Source: Octopus vulgaris (taxonomy: Eukaryota). Taken from it: DNA of 64,000 nucleotides. Location: assembly GCA_951406725.2 (NCBI GenBank), contig OX597814.1:121954001-122018000 (forward strand), written 5' to 3'. A program made the position numbers and the translations under genes. Under the pieces are notes generated by a model that searched no databases, had not been told where the DNA came from, and saw nothing but the letters and a program-made list of their open reading frames with translations. This document shows positions 1 to 14,219 of this stretch, piece by piece (position 1 is the first letter of the stretch; each line of letters opens with the position of its first letter).

Positions 1-359
1 TTTCGAAAGAAAATCTTTACAAGTTTTTGTTGGAAAACATAATTAGATTTGTTTATGTATATGTATATTTGATGACTTAATTATCGCTTATTAGTTTCAG
101 GTCCCTTTGCTGGAAGTCAATATATATTGAGAATATTAATAGTATTTCAACAAGTTAATTTTCTTAAGTGCATTCGATTTCATCAAAGTCCTTTCTTCGT
201 TCATTCATTTCAACCACTAACCAACTGGACCACTTTAATATTACCACGAACCACATTTCATTTCGTAATTAGCTCGGTTTTTCTTCCACTACCTGTTATT
301 TTCCTCCTACTGCTGCTGTTTATTCTAAATATACATAGATGAATACACACACAACACAC

Positions 360-429
<70 letters not shown>

Positions 430-1040
430 TCATGTTCGATTCATATATTACATATTAGATGTTAAACATGATGTTTACATATCGGACGTGATATGAACAT
501 AATACGCATAAATACATTCGCTTCTCACATTCTGCTCCACTCCCGATTCTCTATTCATATATATCTATTTGGCAATCACATCCTACCAACAACACCGCAC
601 TTCACCATACAACCTGTATCTAATAATTTAGATGTTGGCACCATATAATTCTGCTTGGTTCAGCAGACCTTCATTGATCATTCCATTAGATGCAATAATG
701 TTGTGTTATAATGGACTGGCAGAGCAGAAATACTTGTCGGAGAATTGGCAAAATTGATTCCATCTTCACACATTTATATATTTCATATTTCATATCTTTA
801 TATATTTATCTGCATACACATCTCTCTTACTGCTTCTCCTTATCACTCTTTGTGTGTGTGTGTAAACATGTATTAACATCATATTGTATAAAATATATGT
901 ATTAAAACACATATGCATAAATGCATAAATACATGCACGCATGCACATGTGAAGACATATCTGGGTGTATATGTGTGTATATTTATACCATTATCAAAGA
1001 TAGTAATGAAAGATAGCGAAGAAAGGAGCATCTTTAACAG

Positions 1041-1073
<33 letters not shown>

Positions 1074-1245
1074 GCATGTATGTATATAAAGATATATATA
1101 CATATATATATATGTATATAAATATATATATACATATACACACACACATATATATATGTATATGTATATATATGTATATATAAATATATAAATATATATA
1201 TATGTTTATATATTGATATATTGATAGATAGATATAGATATATAT

Positions 1246-1311
<66 letters not shown>

Positions 1312-2014
1312 GTATATATATCAGAAAGAGATAGAGAGAGCGCGCGAGAGTTTCTCATGATAGCTACTAAAATACATAATAAGATAGGTGTACATGAGAA
1401 GATTAAGGACGTGTGTGTGTGTGAGACTGGGTCTGTGTCCTCATTGTATAGTACATCAGCAATTCGCCCATACTTTTTACTTCTACCATATAAACATTCC
1501 CAGTGTAGCTCTAATTAGTTCTGAATTTCTCGGTGAATATTTTCAGCGGGGAAAAATAAAATATATATATTTCGATTTTGCAGTTTTGTGTTTGATTGTA
1601 TTGTGAAGCACATCGGACACCTATATGTAAACCCACTCACATGGGCATACTGTGAATGTGTGAGTATATGTGTATATGTGTATATGTGTGTGCGTTTTGG
1701 GGGAAACTCTTGGAAGAACCAATCTAGATATGATTTTACGACTGACAGAACTTCTCAATTCAATTCATTTCATTTGCTTTGAAAATTTCTGTCGCACATC
1801 TGCGACCTCGTGTATGGCACGACCCACCGTATACAGATATCTGTATGTGTATGAGTGTGTGTGTGTGTGTGTGTACGTGTGTGTGCGCGCGTGTACACAC
1901 GCATACACACGGATACATATACATATGGATACATGGATAGATATGTGTGCACAAACGTACACTTGCATAGATGTGTATACATTCATGTATTGCAAATGCT
2001 GTCGATAAGATTAG

Positions 2015-2082
<68 letters not shown>

Positions 2083-2177
2083 TTTGGCGCGAGTGCGATG
2101 ATTTGAAAATTTTAGGTCAGATATTGCTGAGACAGTGGTGGAAGTGCCTCGTGTAAATATCTGCTCCGATCTGGCCG

Positions 2178-2282
2178 TTCTTTACTGATGAATCTATCGG
2201 CCTATGGAAGACTAGCTTGATTTAATTTAATCAGGTTAGTTTACCATTAAACAATAGACGAAACGGTGCATCGTATAAAGAA
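2178..2282 (+). ncRNA. Type I hammerhead ribozyme inside a TA-flanked insert (about 2087-2404)
   Basis: Stem I TTCTTTA/TAAAGAA, CTGATGA (2185-2191), stem II TCTAT..ATAGA with an A-C mismatch at the closing pair, GAAA, near-palindromic stem III CGGTGCATCG, GTA (cut after 2275). Confidence 0.75.
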
Positions 2283-2400
2283 TTACAGGGTAAATGTTTT
2301 TTTAATTTTCTCCTGGTTTACGGAATTAATGTTGTTTTGCGGTTGAAGCCTTGCTGTTATTTCTAGTGGGTGAATGGCCTATAATGGCCGTTCCTTGATT

Positions 2401-2460
<60 letters not shown>

Positions 2461-2592
2461 GACCTCGAACACACAAGTGCAAACAAGGGAGTCAGAGAAA
2501 GGCAGAATGCCACTTATATCTGAACACTATACAAATATTCCTTTAAAAAAACTTTTCTTCTAATTTTTCTAAATTTAATTATTTAATCGTTA

Positions 2593-2630
2593 CAGTTGAA
2601 GAGGTCTCAAAATGACCGAAACCGGTACTG
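2593..2630 (+). ncRNA. Degenerate minimal hammerhead ribozyme in a TA-flanked insert (about 2460-2682)
   Basis: CAG-TTGAAGA-GGTC(TCAAAAT)GACC-GAAA-CCGGTA-CTG. Core C3 changed to U. Stem II is a perfect 4 bp. Confidence 0.6.
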
Positions 2631-2678
2631 AAATGTTCTTTATAAAATTATTTTAGCATTTTCTATTTTGACTTGTTT

Positions 2679-2758
<80 letters not shown>

Positions 2759-3015
2759 TATGGTCGCCGAGATAGATACACACATTTTTTTTCTCCTTGT
2801 TTCTCTCCTTGTTTTTTCTGTGTCCCTCGTAGACTCGAAACGTAAAAGACTCTCTATTCTTGAGCGTTATTCTAATACATCTGTTTGTTTTGTACACTAC
2901 TTGTCATCGTCTTCTTTTTTTTCGTAAACTCTCCCTATATAAATCCTTAAATCCTTAAAAATGTTTTAGCCCGAAGGCTGCGGCCATGCTGGGGCACCAC
3001 CGCTGAGGCACCACC

Positions 3016-3096
<81 letters not shown>

Positions 3097-3190
3097 TAAT
3101 ATAAAATATTAGGGAATAAATCCAAACTTAGAGGAAAAATCAGATTTAGGATTAAATCCAATTTTATAGTAAAATATATTATATTATATT

Positions 3191-3385
3191 ATATTAAATT
3201 AGAGATAAAACCACTATTAGGTAAATCAAACAATGAAAAATATAAGCCAATACATAATATTAATTAATTTATATTATTTTAAATATATATCAAAAGTATT
3301 AAAAGTTTAATAAAAGATAAAGATAAAGGCTTATGTTTTTCATTGTTTGATTTGCCTAATAGTGGTTTTATCTCTAATTTAATAT
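3191..3385. repeat. 58-bp inverted repeat within a TA-flanked insert (3094-3385)
   Basis: 3191-3248 versus 3328-3385, two mismatches. Confidence 0.85.
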
Positions 3386-3447
3386 TATATATATATATAT
3401 ATATATGCTTCCGTGTGTGTGTGTATATACATACAAATATGTATATA

Positions 3448-3619
3448 GGCACAGGTGTGGCTGTGTGGTAAGAAGCTTGCTTCCCAACCACACGGTTTCG
3501 CGTTCAGTCCCACTACATGGCACCTTGTAAAGTGTCTTCCACTGTAGCCTCGGGCCGACTAAAGCCTTGTGAGTATATTTGGTAGACGGAAACTTAAAGA
3601 ATTACGTTGTGTATATACA

Positions 3620-3708
<89 letters not shown>

Positions 3709-4022
3709 GCATGCATGTATGTATGAATGTATGTATGTATGTATGTATGAATGTATGTATGTATGTATGTATGTATGTATGTATGTATGTATGTATGTAT
3801 GTATGTTTGTATGTATATGTTAGTGTGTCCATGTTTGTCTCCCTATCGTCGCTTAACAACTGATGTTGGTGTGCTTACGTTTCCGTAACTTAGCGGTTGG
3901 ACAATAATGACCGATAGAATAAGTACGTGGCTTACAAAGAATAAGTCCCGGGGTCGATTCGTTCGACTGAAGGCGGTGTTGCAGCATGCCTGCAGACAAA
4001 TGACTGAAACAAATTAAAGAAT
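3448..4022 (+). mobile_element. tRNA-derived SINE, family A (internal TA/TATG microsatellite)
   Basis: A-box-like TGGCTGTGTGGTAAG and B-box-like GTTCAGTCCC. Body and tail (..CAAATGACTGAAACAA) are shared with six other copies in the window. Confidence 0.85.
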
Positions 4023-4303
4023 AAACGAATGAAAGAATAGGACACGGATCTGTCCCCTGAGGCCAGCTAGTGCCATTGCAGCCCTTTTGGCAAATGGAAC
4101 AATTTGAGGACTCAGCTCGCTTGAGTGTTTGTGGAACATTCAGTATGGGTTTTTTTAGGTGCACGGTAAGGCCTACTTTGATTCGTGTCACAAAATCATA
4201 ATGAAAAGTGACGTTTCCATTTAGAGAAGCGGCGTGTTGCCAACGTACTTGCATGCTTGCATTAAGTTGTTTCCGATGATGGAGTCAACGTTGCTCAAAT
4301 CTT

Positions 4304-4402
<99 letters not shown>

Positions 4403-4556
4403 CGTATCTATAAACATTTAGATAGATAGATAGATACATACATACATACATACATACATACATACATAGATGATAAATAGATACATACAGACATACATAT
4501 ATGTATATATATGTATGTATATATTTATATTTATGCATATGCATGTGTATATATCT

Positions 4557-4853
4557 GAAGGCACATAGCCTAGTGGTTAGAGCAGTGGATTCGCGGTCGA
4601 GGGATCGCGGGTTCGAATCTCAGACCGAGTGATATGTGTGTTTATGAGCGAAACACCTAAGCTCCATGTGGCTTCAGCAGAAGGTAATGGCGAACTTCTG
4701 CTGAATCTTTCGCCGCAACTTTCTCTCACTCTTTCTTCCCGAACCTTGCAGCTCACCTGCGAGAGACCGGCATCCCGCTCAGGTGGGTAACCTATGCGCC
4801 AAGGAAACCGGGAAACCGGCCCTTATAAGCCAGGCGTGGCTCTAGAAGGAACA

Positions 4854-4857
<4 letters not shown>
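4557..4857 (+). mobile_element. tRNA(Arg)-like SINE, family B (3' part resembles the Meta/MESC domain)
   Basis: A-box TAGCCTAGTGGTTAG, TCG anticodon-like loop, B-box GGTTCGAATCT. An inverted homologue lies at 43966-44268. Confidence 0.8.
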
Positions 4858-4913
<56 letters not shown>

Positions 4914-4914
4914 T

Positions 4915-4987
<73 letters not shown>

Positions 4988-5102
4988 GACATATTCATAT
5001 ACTTCCAGTCTACTTTTTTGGTTTCTAATAGCGCTGTATTGCAAGTGTTGCTTCTTCTGCGGTTCCTTCTGCTGCCCTTGCCGCTGCTCCAGCTACTACT
5101 GT

Positions 5103-5162
<60 letters not shown>

Positions 5163-5499
5163 AACTACTACTACTATTACAACTACTAGTAGTACTACCA
5201 CCACCACCATTACTACACTTGCTGTTGGAGATGTGTCACTGCCGGCGTTGTCAAAACCTATTCCATCATAGACGCATCATGTTATATCATATCAATAGAG
5301 ATGCAGCTATTTTATGTGCACCAACACTTCTTGTTGGCAACAATTTCTGATCTAATCTATTCACAGTTGGTGGATTCTGAAGGGAAAATATCTTCAACGG
5401 AAAACATCTACAAAACGCTTTCTGCACTGATTTCTCTTTTATTTCAGATTCTCGTTTATGCAGATGTTTTTACCCTATGTATGTATGTATGTATGTATG

Positions 5500-5533
<34 letters not shown>

Positions 5534-5575
5534 TGTATGTATGTATGCAGGTATGTATGTATGTATTATATGTAT

Positions 5576-5616
<41 letters not shown>

Positions 5617-5787
5617 GTTCGTATGTACTTATGTATGTATGCATGTAAGTATATATGTATGTATGGTATGTATGCATGGTGTAAATGTATGTGTATATAT
5701 TCTTGTGTATAAATAGATGTGCGTGTTTGTGTGATCGTCTTTGAACATGTGTGTATATACGCACGCATATATGAATATGTATGTTTG

Positions 5788-5822
<35 letters not shown>

Positions 5823-5848
5823 GCACTCACTCACACACATATACACAT

Positions 5849-5894
<46 letters not shown>

Positions 5895-5952
5895 ATGTAC
5901 ATATATATAGACATACACATGCGCGCACACAAACAAACACACACACACACAT

Positions 5953-6035
<83 letters not shown>

Positions 6036-6761
6036 TATTTAGCTATGCATGTTAGTACGTACGTATGTATGCACATATACAAAATCACACATACGATCAC
6101 ACATCCATAATCATCAATGATGGTGCATCTTATTTTATAAACTTTTATATGTACCTATCCTTATTCAGGTGTCTTGTAGCATATACAGAAATATATAACC
6201 TGGTGTGTGTGTGTGTGTATCTCTATTTAATGTATATATACATATGCACGTATTCAAATCCATAGTTCGATATATGCCATCGCACACTTGAATAATAATA
6301 GATATATATATATAAATTTCTATTACAAAAGCATATGAAACCATCGACAGAAGATAGATCATGTGTGAATGCCTATGCGATTTTTGCATATTTACATATA
6401 TGCATGCATACATTTATATGTGCATATCCATATCTACATATATATATACACAGACTCTCGCATGCGGGCTCTCACACACATGTGTATACTTCTGTATGCT
6501 TTTATTAAAAATATTCGACTCTATTTACTTCTTAGATATCGTCAGAAGTCAGCTCGAAAAGATTTACCAAGCAGTGCTTATGTGCAGCTTTGGATATCGT
6601 TTCTTGGAATATTCATAAGAAAGGTTTCTGACAAAATATGTGGATAGACTATATCATCGCCTTGGAATAATTGGACATATATGCATAAATACATACATAC
6701 ATACATACATACATACATACATACATACATACATACATACACAAACACATACATACATATT

Positions 6762-6970
6762 TGGGGCTCTTGGATATGTAACACGCTGCCTCCAAACCCA
6801 TAAAGGCGTAAGCTGATTCGAAAACTACAGGTCCAAGTCATCATCGAAACTGTAAACATCTGAAAAAATTTCCAAAAGTTTATCATTTAAGTATATATGA
6901 TTTTGCCTAGATATGCAACTACATGCATCAGAAGACATCGATAAAACAAAACATACTAATCTGCACATAC
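6762..6970 (+). mobile_element. Decayed 3' end of an RLE-type (R4/Dong-like) LINE next to (TACA)n
   Basis: Reads GALGYVTRCL, then after a frameshift RRKLIRKLQVQVIIETVNI*KNFQKFII*. GALG is typical of the C-terminus of restriction-like endonuclease LINEs. Confidence 0.45.
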
Positions 6971-8324
6971 TAATCTCTTATATTCATTCTTATATATTCG
7001 ACTATTTGGGAAAGAACCAGGTTTTTTTCAAACAAAATATCGGACCTCTTAATACGCACTTTACTAAAGCATTCTTTATGGAGAAGAGAAAAATGTGTAA
7101 GCCTTTTTCTAAACTTCAGTGTGTAACACCGGTTGCCCAAATTCCATCCATGTGTTTTTGTTTATTTGTTAGAAGCTGATTTTGTCTTATGAAAAGAATT
7201 CGAGCGATTAAAACAGAAAAAGGAAAGCATAGATACAGCCATCGATAAATAGATAGATAGATAGATTATAAATTTGCTTACAGGCATAGTGAAATACAAT
7301 AGCTGCTTTCACAAATTCATGAAAATACACTAATCATATAAGCTCATCATAAGATCTAATTTTCATTATAAAATGGGAAATTATTTGCACAAGATTAAGC
7401 AGAAAAGTAAAATAAGGAAAACAAAATTGAAGTGATCTATAGAAATATGTACAATATTTTGAATGCATTTTGTACTAATAACAACTACATGAACATGTGC
7501 GAACACTATTTGAATGTACTATGTATTTATGGCCTCCTTTGTTATGATATAAACCACAAATATTAACTAATATAGTTATAAATACTAGCATAATCATTAA
7601 CGTCAGAGAAAAATCGTGTTCTGTTTTGTACATTATAAATTTCTTTCATTTTTATTATTTGCCCTTTTTTTCGTTCTTCGTTCTTCAGTAAACAAGTCTA
7701 TGATCGAATACGTTTCAGCTATTATTTTATATTATTTCTTTGTATTGTGCTTGGAGGAAGAGCAGTGCTCATAACCTTCGCAAGATCTCTGAGAAAGAGA
7801 GCTCATTGCCGTTAATGTTCCGTTTACACCACAACAGGAAAACACCAGCAGGAAGGGCGCGAGCAGAGTTACGTTCCTCGGATCTGTGTTCAGGGAAGAA
7901 ACGCCAGGACATAACGGTTACTACAATGTCAAAGGAAGAGATGGGTGATAGACGATAGCTGATATTTGGGTGGGTCGTGAGGAATCTGAAAGGAGGCAGT
8001 GCTATGTACGAACAGCAATTCATTTATTCAGACATATATTTGAAAATCATTCCCTTCTTTTCGACGGTGAAATGTTTCTAATGTAGATCTAACCACAATG
8101 ATGCTGGTTCGTTTGCAGTTCAATTCCAGTGTAAGAAATGAATTCAATTTCCGCATAAACCTGAAAATATTCGTTCGCTCTATAAAATGTATATCAAAGC
8201 TGAGGTATGGCGTTGCAACTATGTGGCTTCCGGTAGTTTCTGCTGCACAGTATTTTAGGTAAATATCTTTTATCATCACCTTCATGCGACCTTCAGAAGA
8301 ACCATCCCTGTCCACGAGTGGCAC

Positions 8325-8928
8325 TTGTAACCAGCCATTTAGATAAACTCCATAATTTCGTTTCGAGGGCTCTTTAGTGAAATGTTTCATTCCTGGTTTC
8401 AGGTCTGGGATGCCCTCTCTCTCTTCTTCCAGTCAGTCTCGGAATCTCTGAGAAATGTCAATGGCCATTACACTTCCTTTGTAACCAGCCATTTAGATTA
8501 ACTCCATAATTTCGTTTCGAGGGCTCTTTAGTGAAATGTTTCAATCCTGGTTTCAGGTCTGGGATCCTCTCTCTCTTCTTCCAGTCAGTCTCGGAATCTC
8601 TGAGAAATGTCAATGGCCATTACACTTCCTTTGTAACCAGCCATTTAGATTAACTCCATAATTTCGTTTCGAGGGCTCTTTAGTGAAATGTTTCAATCCT
8701 GGTTTCAGGTCTGGGATGCCCTCTCTCTCTTCTTCCAGTCAGTCTCGGAATCTCTGAGAAATGTCAATGGCCATTACACTTCCTTTGTAACCAGCCATTT
8801 AGATTAACTCCATCGAGGGCTCTTTAGTGAAATGTTTCAATCCTGGTTTCAGGTCTGGGATGCCCTCTCTCTCTTCTTCCAGTCAGTCTCGGAATCTCTG
8901 AGAAATGTCAATGGCCATTACACTTCCT
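8325..8928. repeat. Tandem array of 4 near-identical units (154, 152, 154 and about 144 bp)
   Basis: TTGTAACCAGCCATTTAGAT starts at 8325, 8479, 8631 and 8785. Unit 2 has a 2-nt deletion and unit 4 a 10-nt deletion. Confidence 0.92.
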
Positions 8929-9564
8929 TTCAAACTAAAATCTTTAAAATGATACACATACGATATAAAGAAGTGGATTGTGTAGAAAATCAAAACTAAT
9001 ATTTATTTTCCTTATAAAAATAATTGATAAAATAAAAAAAACTTATGGTCTGATATAAGACGGGATGTGGCACGTGGAATTTGTCTTCTTAATATCAGAA
9101 TTTCCTGAAAGTAACCGAACAAGAAGCTGAGACAAACGGGGTGGCACCATATAGGTCTTGTTTTACTTTCTTTTCCTGGATGTCGGTAATGAAGACATCA
9201 GTTAACAACAAAGCAAGGAACACTCCATATTCGAAATTATTGCAGCAAAACTATGTTACACTCTACAGATGAAGTGAATATGCGGTTTTGCAGACAATCA
9301 GAAAAAGTAAAAATATTACAAAATTTTCGAGTAAATTTTGCTTCTGTTGTCTCTCATAGTGAACAGTCCTTTGAAAACTTCTCATTAATTAAGATGAAGA
9401 CATTAATTAACGGGTTGAAATTATTGATCTACGTGCGAAATTATTAGTTAGATAGTAAGTACAAAGAACTGCTCTCCGAAAAATATGTGCAGATGCTGTT
9501 GGTTCTTCTTAATACAACAGTTGCATTTAGATCTGATGTCAGAGCTGCGGCGCTACCTCCTTTA

Positions 9565-9757
9565 CCACCACACTACCTTCACCACCACTACCACCACCAC
9601 CACAACCACCACCACCACCTTCACCAACACCACCATCTCTCTACCAACATCATCCTCACCACTACCATCGCCACTGCCATCACCATTATCATCATCACCA
9701 CCATCATCGCCACTATCACCTCCACCACCACCACCAAAAACAACAACAACAACTGCA

Positions 9758-9790
<33 letters not shown>
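9565..9790. repeat. (CAC)n/(CAT)n/(ACT)n compound microsatellite
   Basis: Direct reading. Confidence 0.9.
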
Positions 9791-10332
9791 GCACGCCTTT
9801 CCTCTTTGTAATGTCAACTTTTCCATTGCTACTACAACAGGCATTCATGAGGCGTTATTTCGTAACACATGTTAGTTAAGCGTAACATCAAATATTTCTG
9901 TACACCAGCCATACGCATTTACAGCCAGTTTTTATCATTCTCTCCTTCTCCCTTTATCTCTTTCTCTGATTGTCTCTTTAGCACACTCGCACAAATGCAT
10001 GCATACATATGCACATGTATGTATATATGCGTTTAGGAGTGTAGCTGTGTATATATGTATGTAGCTGTGTATGTATGTATGTATTTATGTATGTAGGTGT
10101 GTATGTCTGTATGTAGGTGTATATGTATGTATGCAGGTATGTATGTAAGTAGGTGTGTATGTATATATGTATGCAGGTGTGTATGTATGTATTTATATAT
10201 GTATGTATGTATGTAGGTGTGTATGTATGTATGTAGATATGTATGCAAGTAGGTAGGTATGTATGTATGTAGGTATGTAGGTATGTAGGTGTGTATGTAT
10301 TTATATACGTTTGTATGTATGCAGGAATGTAT

Positions 10333-10370
<38 letters not shown>

Positions 10371-11172
10371 TTTCTAATTTAGAATAAATTTTGACCTTCT
10401 GCCCACCCCTGGTGGATGAATGCATCTTGTTTTGTTCGCCATCAATCAAATCTTAAGAAGGTCTTGCAGAATTTTGTAGTTCAAGATATCGTAATTATTT
10501 GTAGTGTATGAATTAAGGATTTGCGATCTCTCCCCAAGAACCCAAGTTTAGTCATTCTTCGCGTCAAACAGATTGGTAAGTATGTTGTTGCTTCAATAAT
10601 AGGTATGAAGCTTAAAGTAGATCTAGGATGCTGCATTTGCAAACTTAGCAACTGTCCATGGATTTTCTCTTTCTCTTCTAGTTTCTTTAACCACATTGGT
10701 GTCCAGAGGACATTATGTATTTACGAATGGGGAAAGGTATATGAAAGCATGTATGAGGATCGTATGCATATTGTTATATATTTTTACGTCTAGATTTTTG
10801 GCCAATGGAGAAAGAGACGTTCTCTAACCTACAACTAAAGTAAGCGCAAAATAATTTTGACAACATCAACAGGGTAATTGTGCATGTATGTGTGTATATG
10901 TGCAGGTATTTTGCATTATTACATGTGCAGACCTGTATCTATTGTTTGATGTAACATATACTCATGCATATAGTTGCATGTCTAAACATACGTAAATTGT
11001 GGAAAATACAATTTGGGATTATTCGTTATTATTCAGAGGGAAATGACAGAATGATCTAACGAAGGTCTTATCTAAAATAATGACCCGATGAAACGCATTT
11101 TACACATTTGATGGAGGATAGTGGTTACACAATATAATTACGTCACCTCACCAATATGCTACTAGTGCATAA

Positions 11173-11194
11173 GGTGGGGACAAACACAGATATA

Positions 11195-11231
<37 letters not shown>

Positions 11232-11412
11232 GTGTGTGAGTATGTGTGTGACGAACTTCTTTCAGTTTCCATCTACCAGACCCACTGGCAAAAATTTGTT
11301 CGGCCCGAGGATATAGTAGAAGTGGTGATGAAAACTATATTAGACGTGGGACCGAGCCCGGAACCATGTCGTTGGGAAGCAAGCTTCCTACCACACTGCC
11401 ATACTTGCACCT
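11173..11412 (-). mobile_element. SINE family A, partial and diverged copy
   Basis: Reverse complement of the family A head and middle (CTTCTTTCAGTTTCC, GGAACCATG, GCAAGCTTCCTACCACAC). Confidence 0.7.
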
Positions 11413-12088
11413 TATATCTCTGTTATCGTTTTAAATGTAGTAAATACGGGAAAAATCTACAGATTTTCAGTTTATTTAAATTCAAATTTCTCCGTCTCAA
11501 CACATACAAACCTAATCGTACACGCACGTGCACACAATATATGTATGTCTATACACGTATGCCTGCATATATGTAGAACCATATACACATAATTATTTGT
11601 TAACTTATATATGCATACATATTTACAAACACACACACATATATATAGATGCGTTTGTGTTTGTGTATATTATGTATATACATGGACATATATATATATA
11701 TATATATATTTACATAAAAAAATTATATATATATACATACACTCACACACATATCCATATTCTTTTAAACATGACTGTATTAACCGAGTTTTAACTTTGA
11801 AATTTTATGTTCTGTGGTGTTAATTTTGTTGGACAACACCTGCTTGCTTTACTGATTCCCTTTATGAAGAATCTTCAAACGTAGACCATGCAAATAACCA
11901 ATTTCTGGCCAGTGTTAGAACTGCAACACCGCAGGCAAGAGAGTCTAGTCTAGTTTTGTGAAGATTTGATGTTTCCTCACACAGTGACAGGTGTTGGCCA
12001 ACAAAATTAACACGGAAAATGCAATTTCAAAACGGAAACATAACTATTGAACATCCGTTTTCAAATGCTTCACAATATGTGTGAAAGT

Positions 12089-12153
<65 letters not shown>

Positions 12154-12608
12154 TGCGTGTCTAACACGCTAAATTACTTTCGATTCTTTTGAGTGGGCGT
12201 CTGCCAAAAACGAAATCAGCTTCCACCAACAGATATTCATGGTAACCTAAAGATACATACTAACAACACGCACACACACACATAGATGCACTCAAACATA
12301 CATACACACTCAAACACACATGCATACACACACAGCACACACATACACAAACATACGCATGCGCACACACATCGCACTCCACACACACGCACATGACAAC
12401 CTATATATAAATGCACAGTCGCATTTGATCGTATGATAGTATAAATGTATGTCATAAAAATTACCCTAAAGTAACTTCAGCCCCGCTTTATAGTGTACTT
12501 CTGTGTCGCTATACCTCCATGTATTCAATTCTCAGTTGAATATATATCATGCTGGTAGGGGAGAAATAGAGTAAATTATCGTATAGGTAATATACATCAT
12601 ACACACTC

Positions 12609-12684
<76 letters not shown>

Positions 12685-12686
12685 AC

Positions 12687-12733
<47 letters not shown>

Positions 12734-12778
12734 AATAAAGATAGATAAGTAGATTGACAAAAATGTAAATTATTGAAT

Positions 12779-12825
<47 letters not shown>

Positions 12826-12830
<5 letters not shown>

Positions 12831-13117
12831 TGAAGTATATTTGCCACTTAAATGTGATAACCCTTCAGGGTAGATGCTACTGTAGCTTGTAGCCCCAGGA
12901 GGACACCTCCTCCAGCTGGCTATTGATACACTTTCTGTGCCCTGTCAGTATTTGCAAAGGGAAGAGGGAAGGATGGCTTCCCTTTGCAAATACTGACAGG
13001 GCACAGAAAGTGTGTCAATTGCCACCTGGATGTGGTGTCCTCCCTGGGCTACAAGCTACAGTAATATCCACCCTGAAGGGTTAGCTATATTTAAGTGGCA
13101 TATATTCTCCATGATAT
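12826..13117. mobile_element. Foldback palindrome / MITE with about 140-bp inverted arms and a 12-nt loop
   Basis: 12826-12964 is the near reverse complement of 12977-13117, e.g. ACACTTTCTGTGCCCTGTCAGTATTTGCAAAGGGAAG versus CTTCCCTTTGCAAATACTGACAGGGCACAGAAAGTGT. It abuts (TA)n. Confidence 0.8.
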
Positions 13118-13802
13118 CGTGCAGCTACGGTTTATATCTCGCTCAGAGATTTATTATTGTTTTTATATATATATATTAATATGTATGCGTTTGGTTTTGT
13201 GTGTTTATGTATGTTTCTATGTATATGTATGTATTTGATTTGTTTGCATTTAAGCTTCAATCGGTAAGTTTGGTATTGAATGAAAGAGAACGAGGGAAGC
13301 TGACTTGCATCAAGCTGCAATAGCTGAACATACGCCTCAGTAAAATACTATTTCGTACTGAATTTAGCGGTAATAAAGACATAGAAATCTAGACTTATGG
13401 AGCTTTCCTGTCAAGTGTTTTCGGCTTCCGTAGCCATATTAAAATGCTTTATTGTAAAGTTTACTTTACTCCACTTAAATTAAGCTTTTATGTTTAGTTT
13501 AAGAGAGAAAAGTATATGTGGTTTAAAGGCAGATATACTGAAAATTATTTTACCTGAACGTAAATACCAAGGGAAATCATACTCTGAACATTGCCAGTGT
13601 TTTGATCTTGCTCGTAATGTAATAGTAAAATGATATTTTATGTTTTCTGAAGGTTAAGTTGAAACGAAAACAAGAGACAATTTTCAGTAGGAACGTCTGA
13701 GAGTTAGTTGCTCGAAATTCTGGAAAGGAATTCTTAAAGCTAACAAGAAATTCACTATCTCTACAGCTGTCAACAAATCATTGAACCAAGAGCTCTCTTC
13801 AC

Positions 13803-14186
13803 CAGTGGATCACTCTCTTCACCAGCCGGAGTCCTCGTGAGAATTTGGGGTCCATATAAATTTTAGTTGTACAAATTTATGTGCAATAAATTGGTTTGTA
13901 TTTATATAATGCAGAAAATATTTTTAATACAATTCCTAATAATATATTACTATAAACATATCCCTTTTACTCTTTTACTTGTTTCAGTCATTTGACTGTG
14001 GCCATGCTGAATCACCGCCTCTAGTCGAGCAAATCGACCCGAGGACTTATTCTTTGTAAGCCTAGTACTTATCCTATCGGTCACTTTTGCCGAACCGCTA
14101 AGTTACGGGAAGTATACACACCAGCATCGGTTGTCAAGCGATGCTGGGGGACAAACACAGACACACAAACATATGCACACACACAT

Positions 14187-14219
<33 letters not shown>

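Noticed and set aside
4557-4632. tRNA-Arg gene
   Set aside because: The acceptor stem does not pair and the sequence continues into a repeated SINE body.
8325-8928. 154-bp array as a CRISPR array or retrozyme (minus strand CTAAAGAGCCCTCGAAACGAA)
   Set aside because: No unique spacers and the context is eukaryotic. The HHR-like string lacks core G5, the NUH triplet, stem I and a real stem II.
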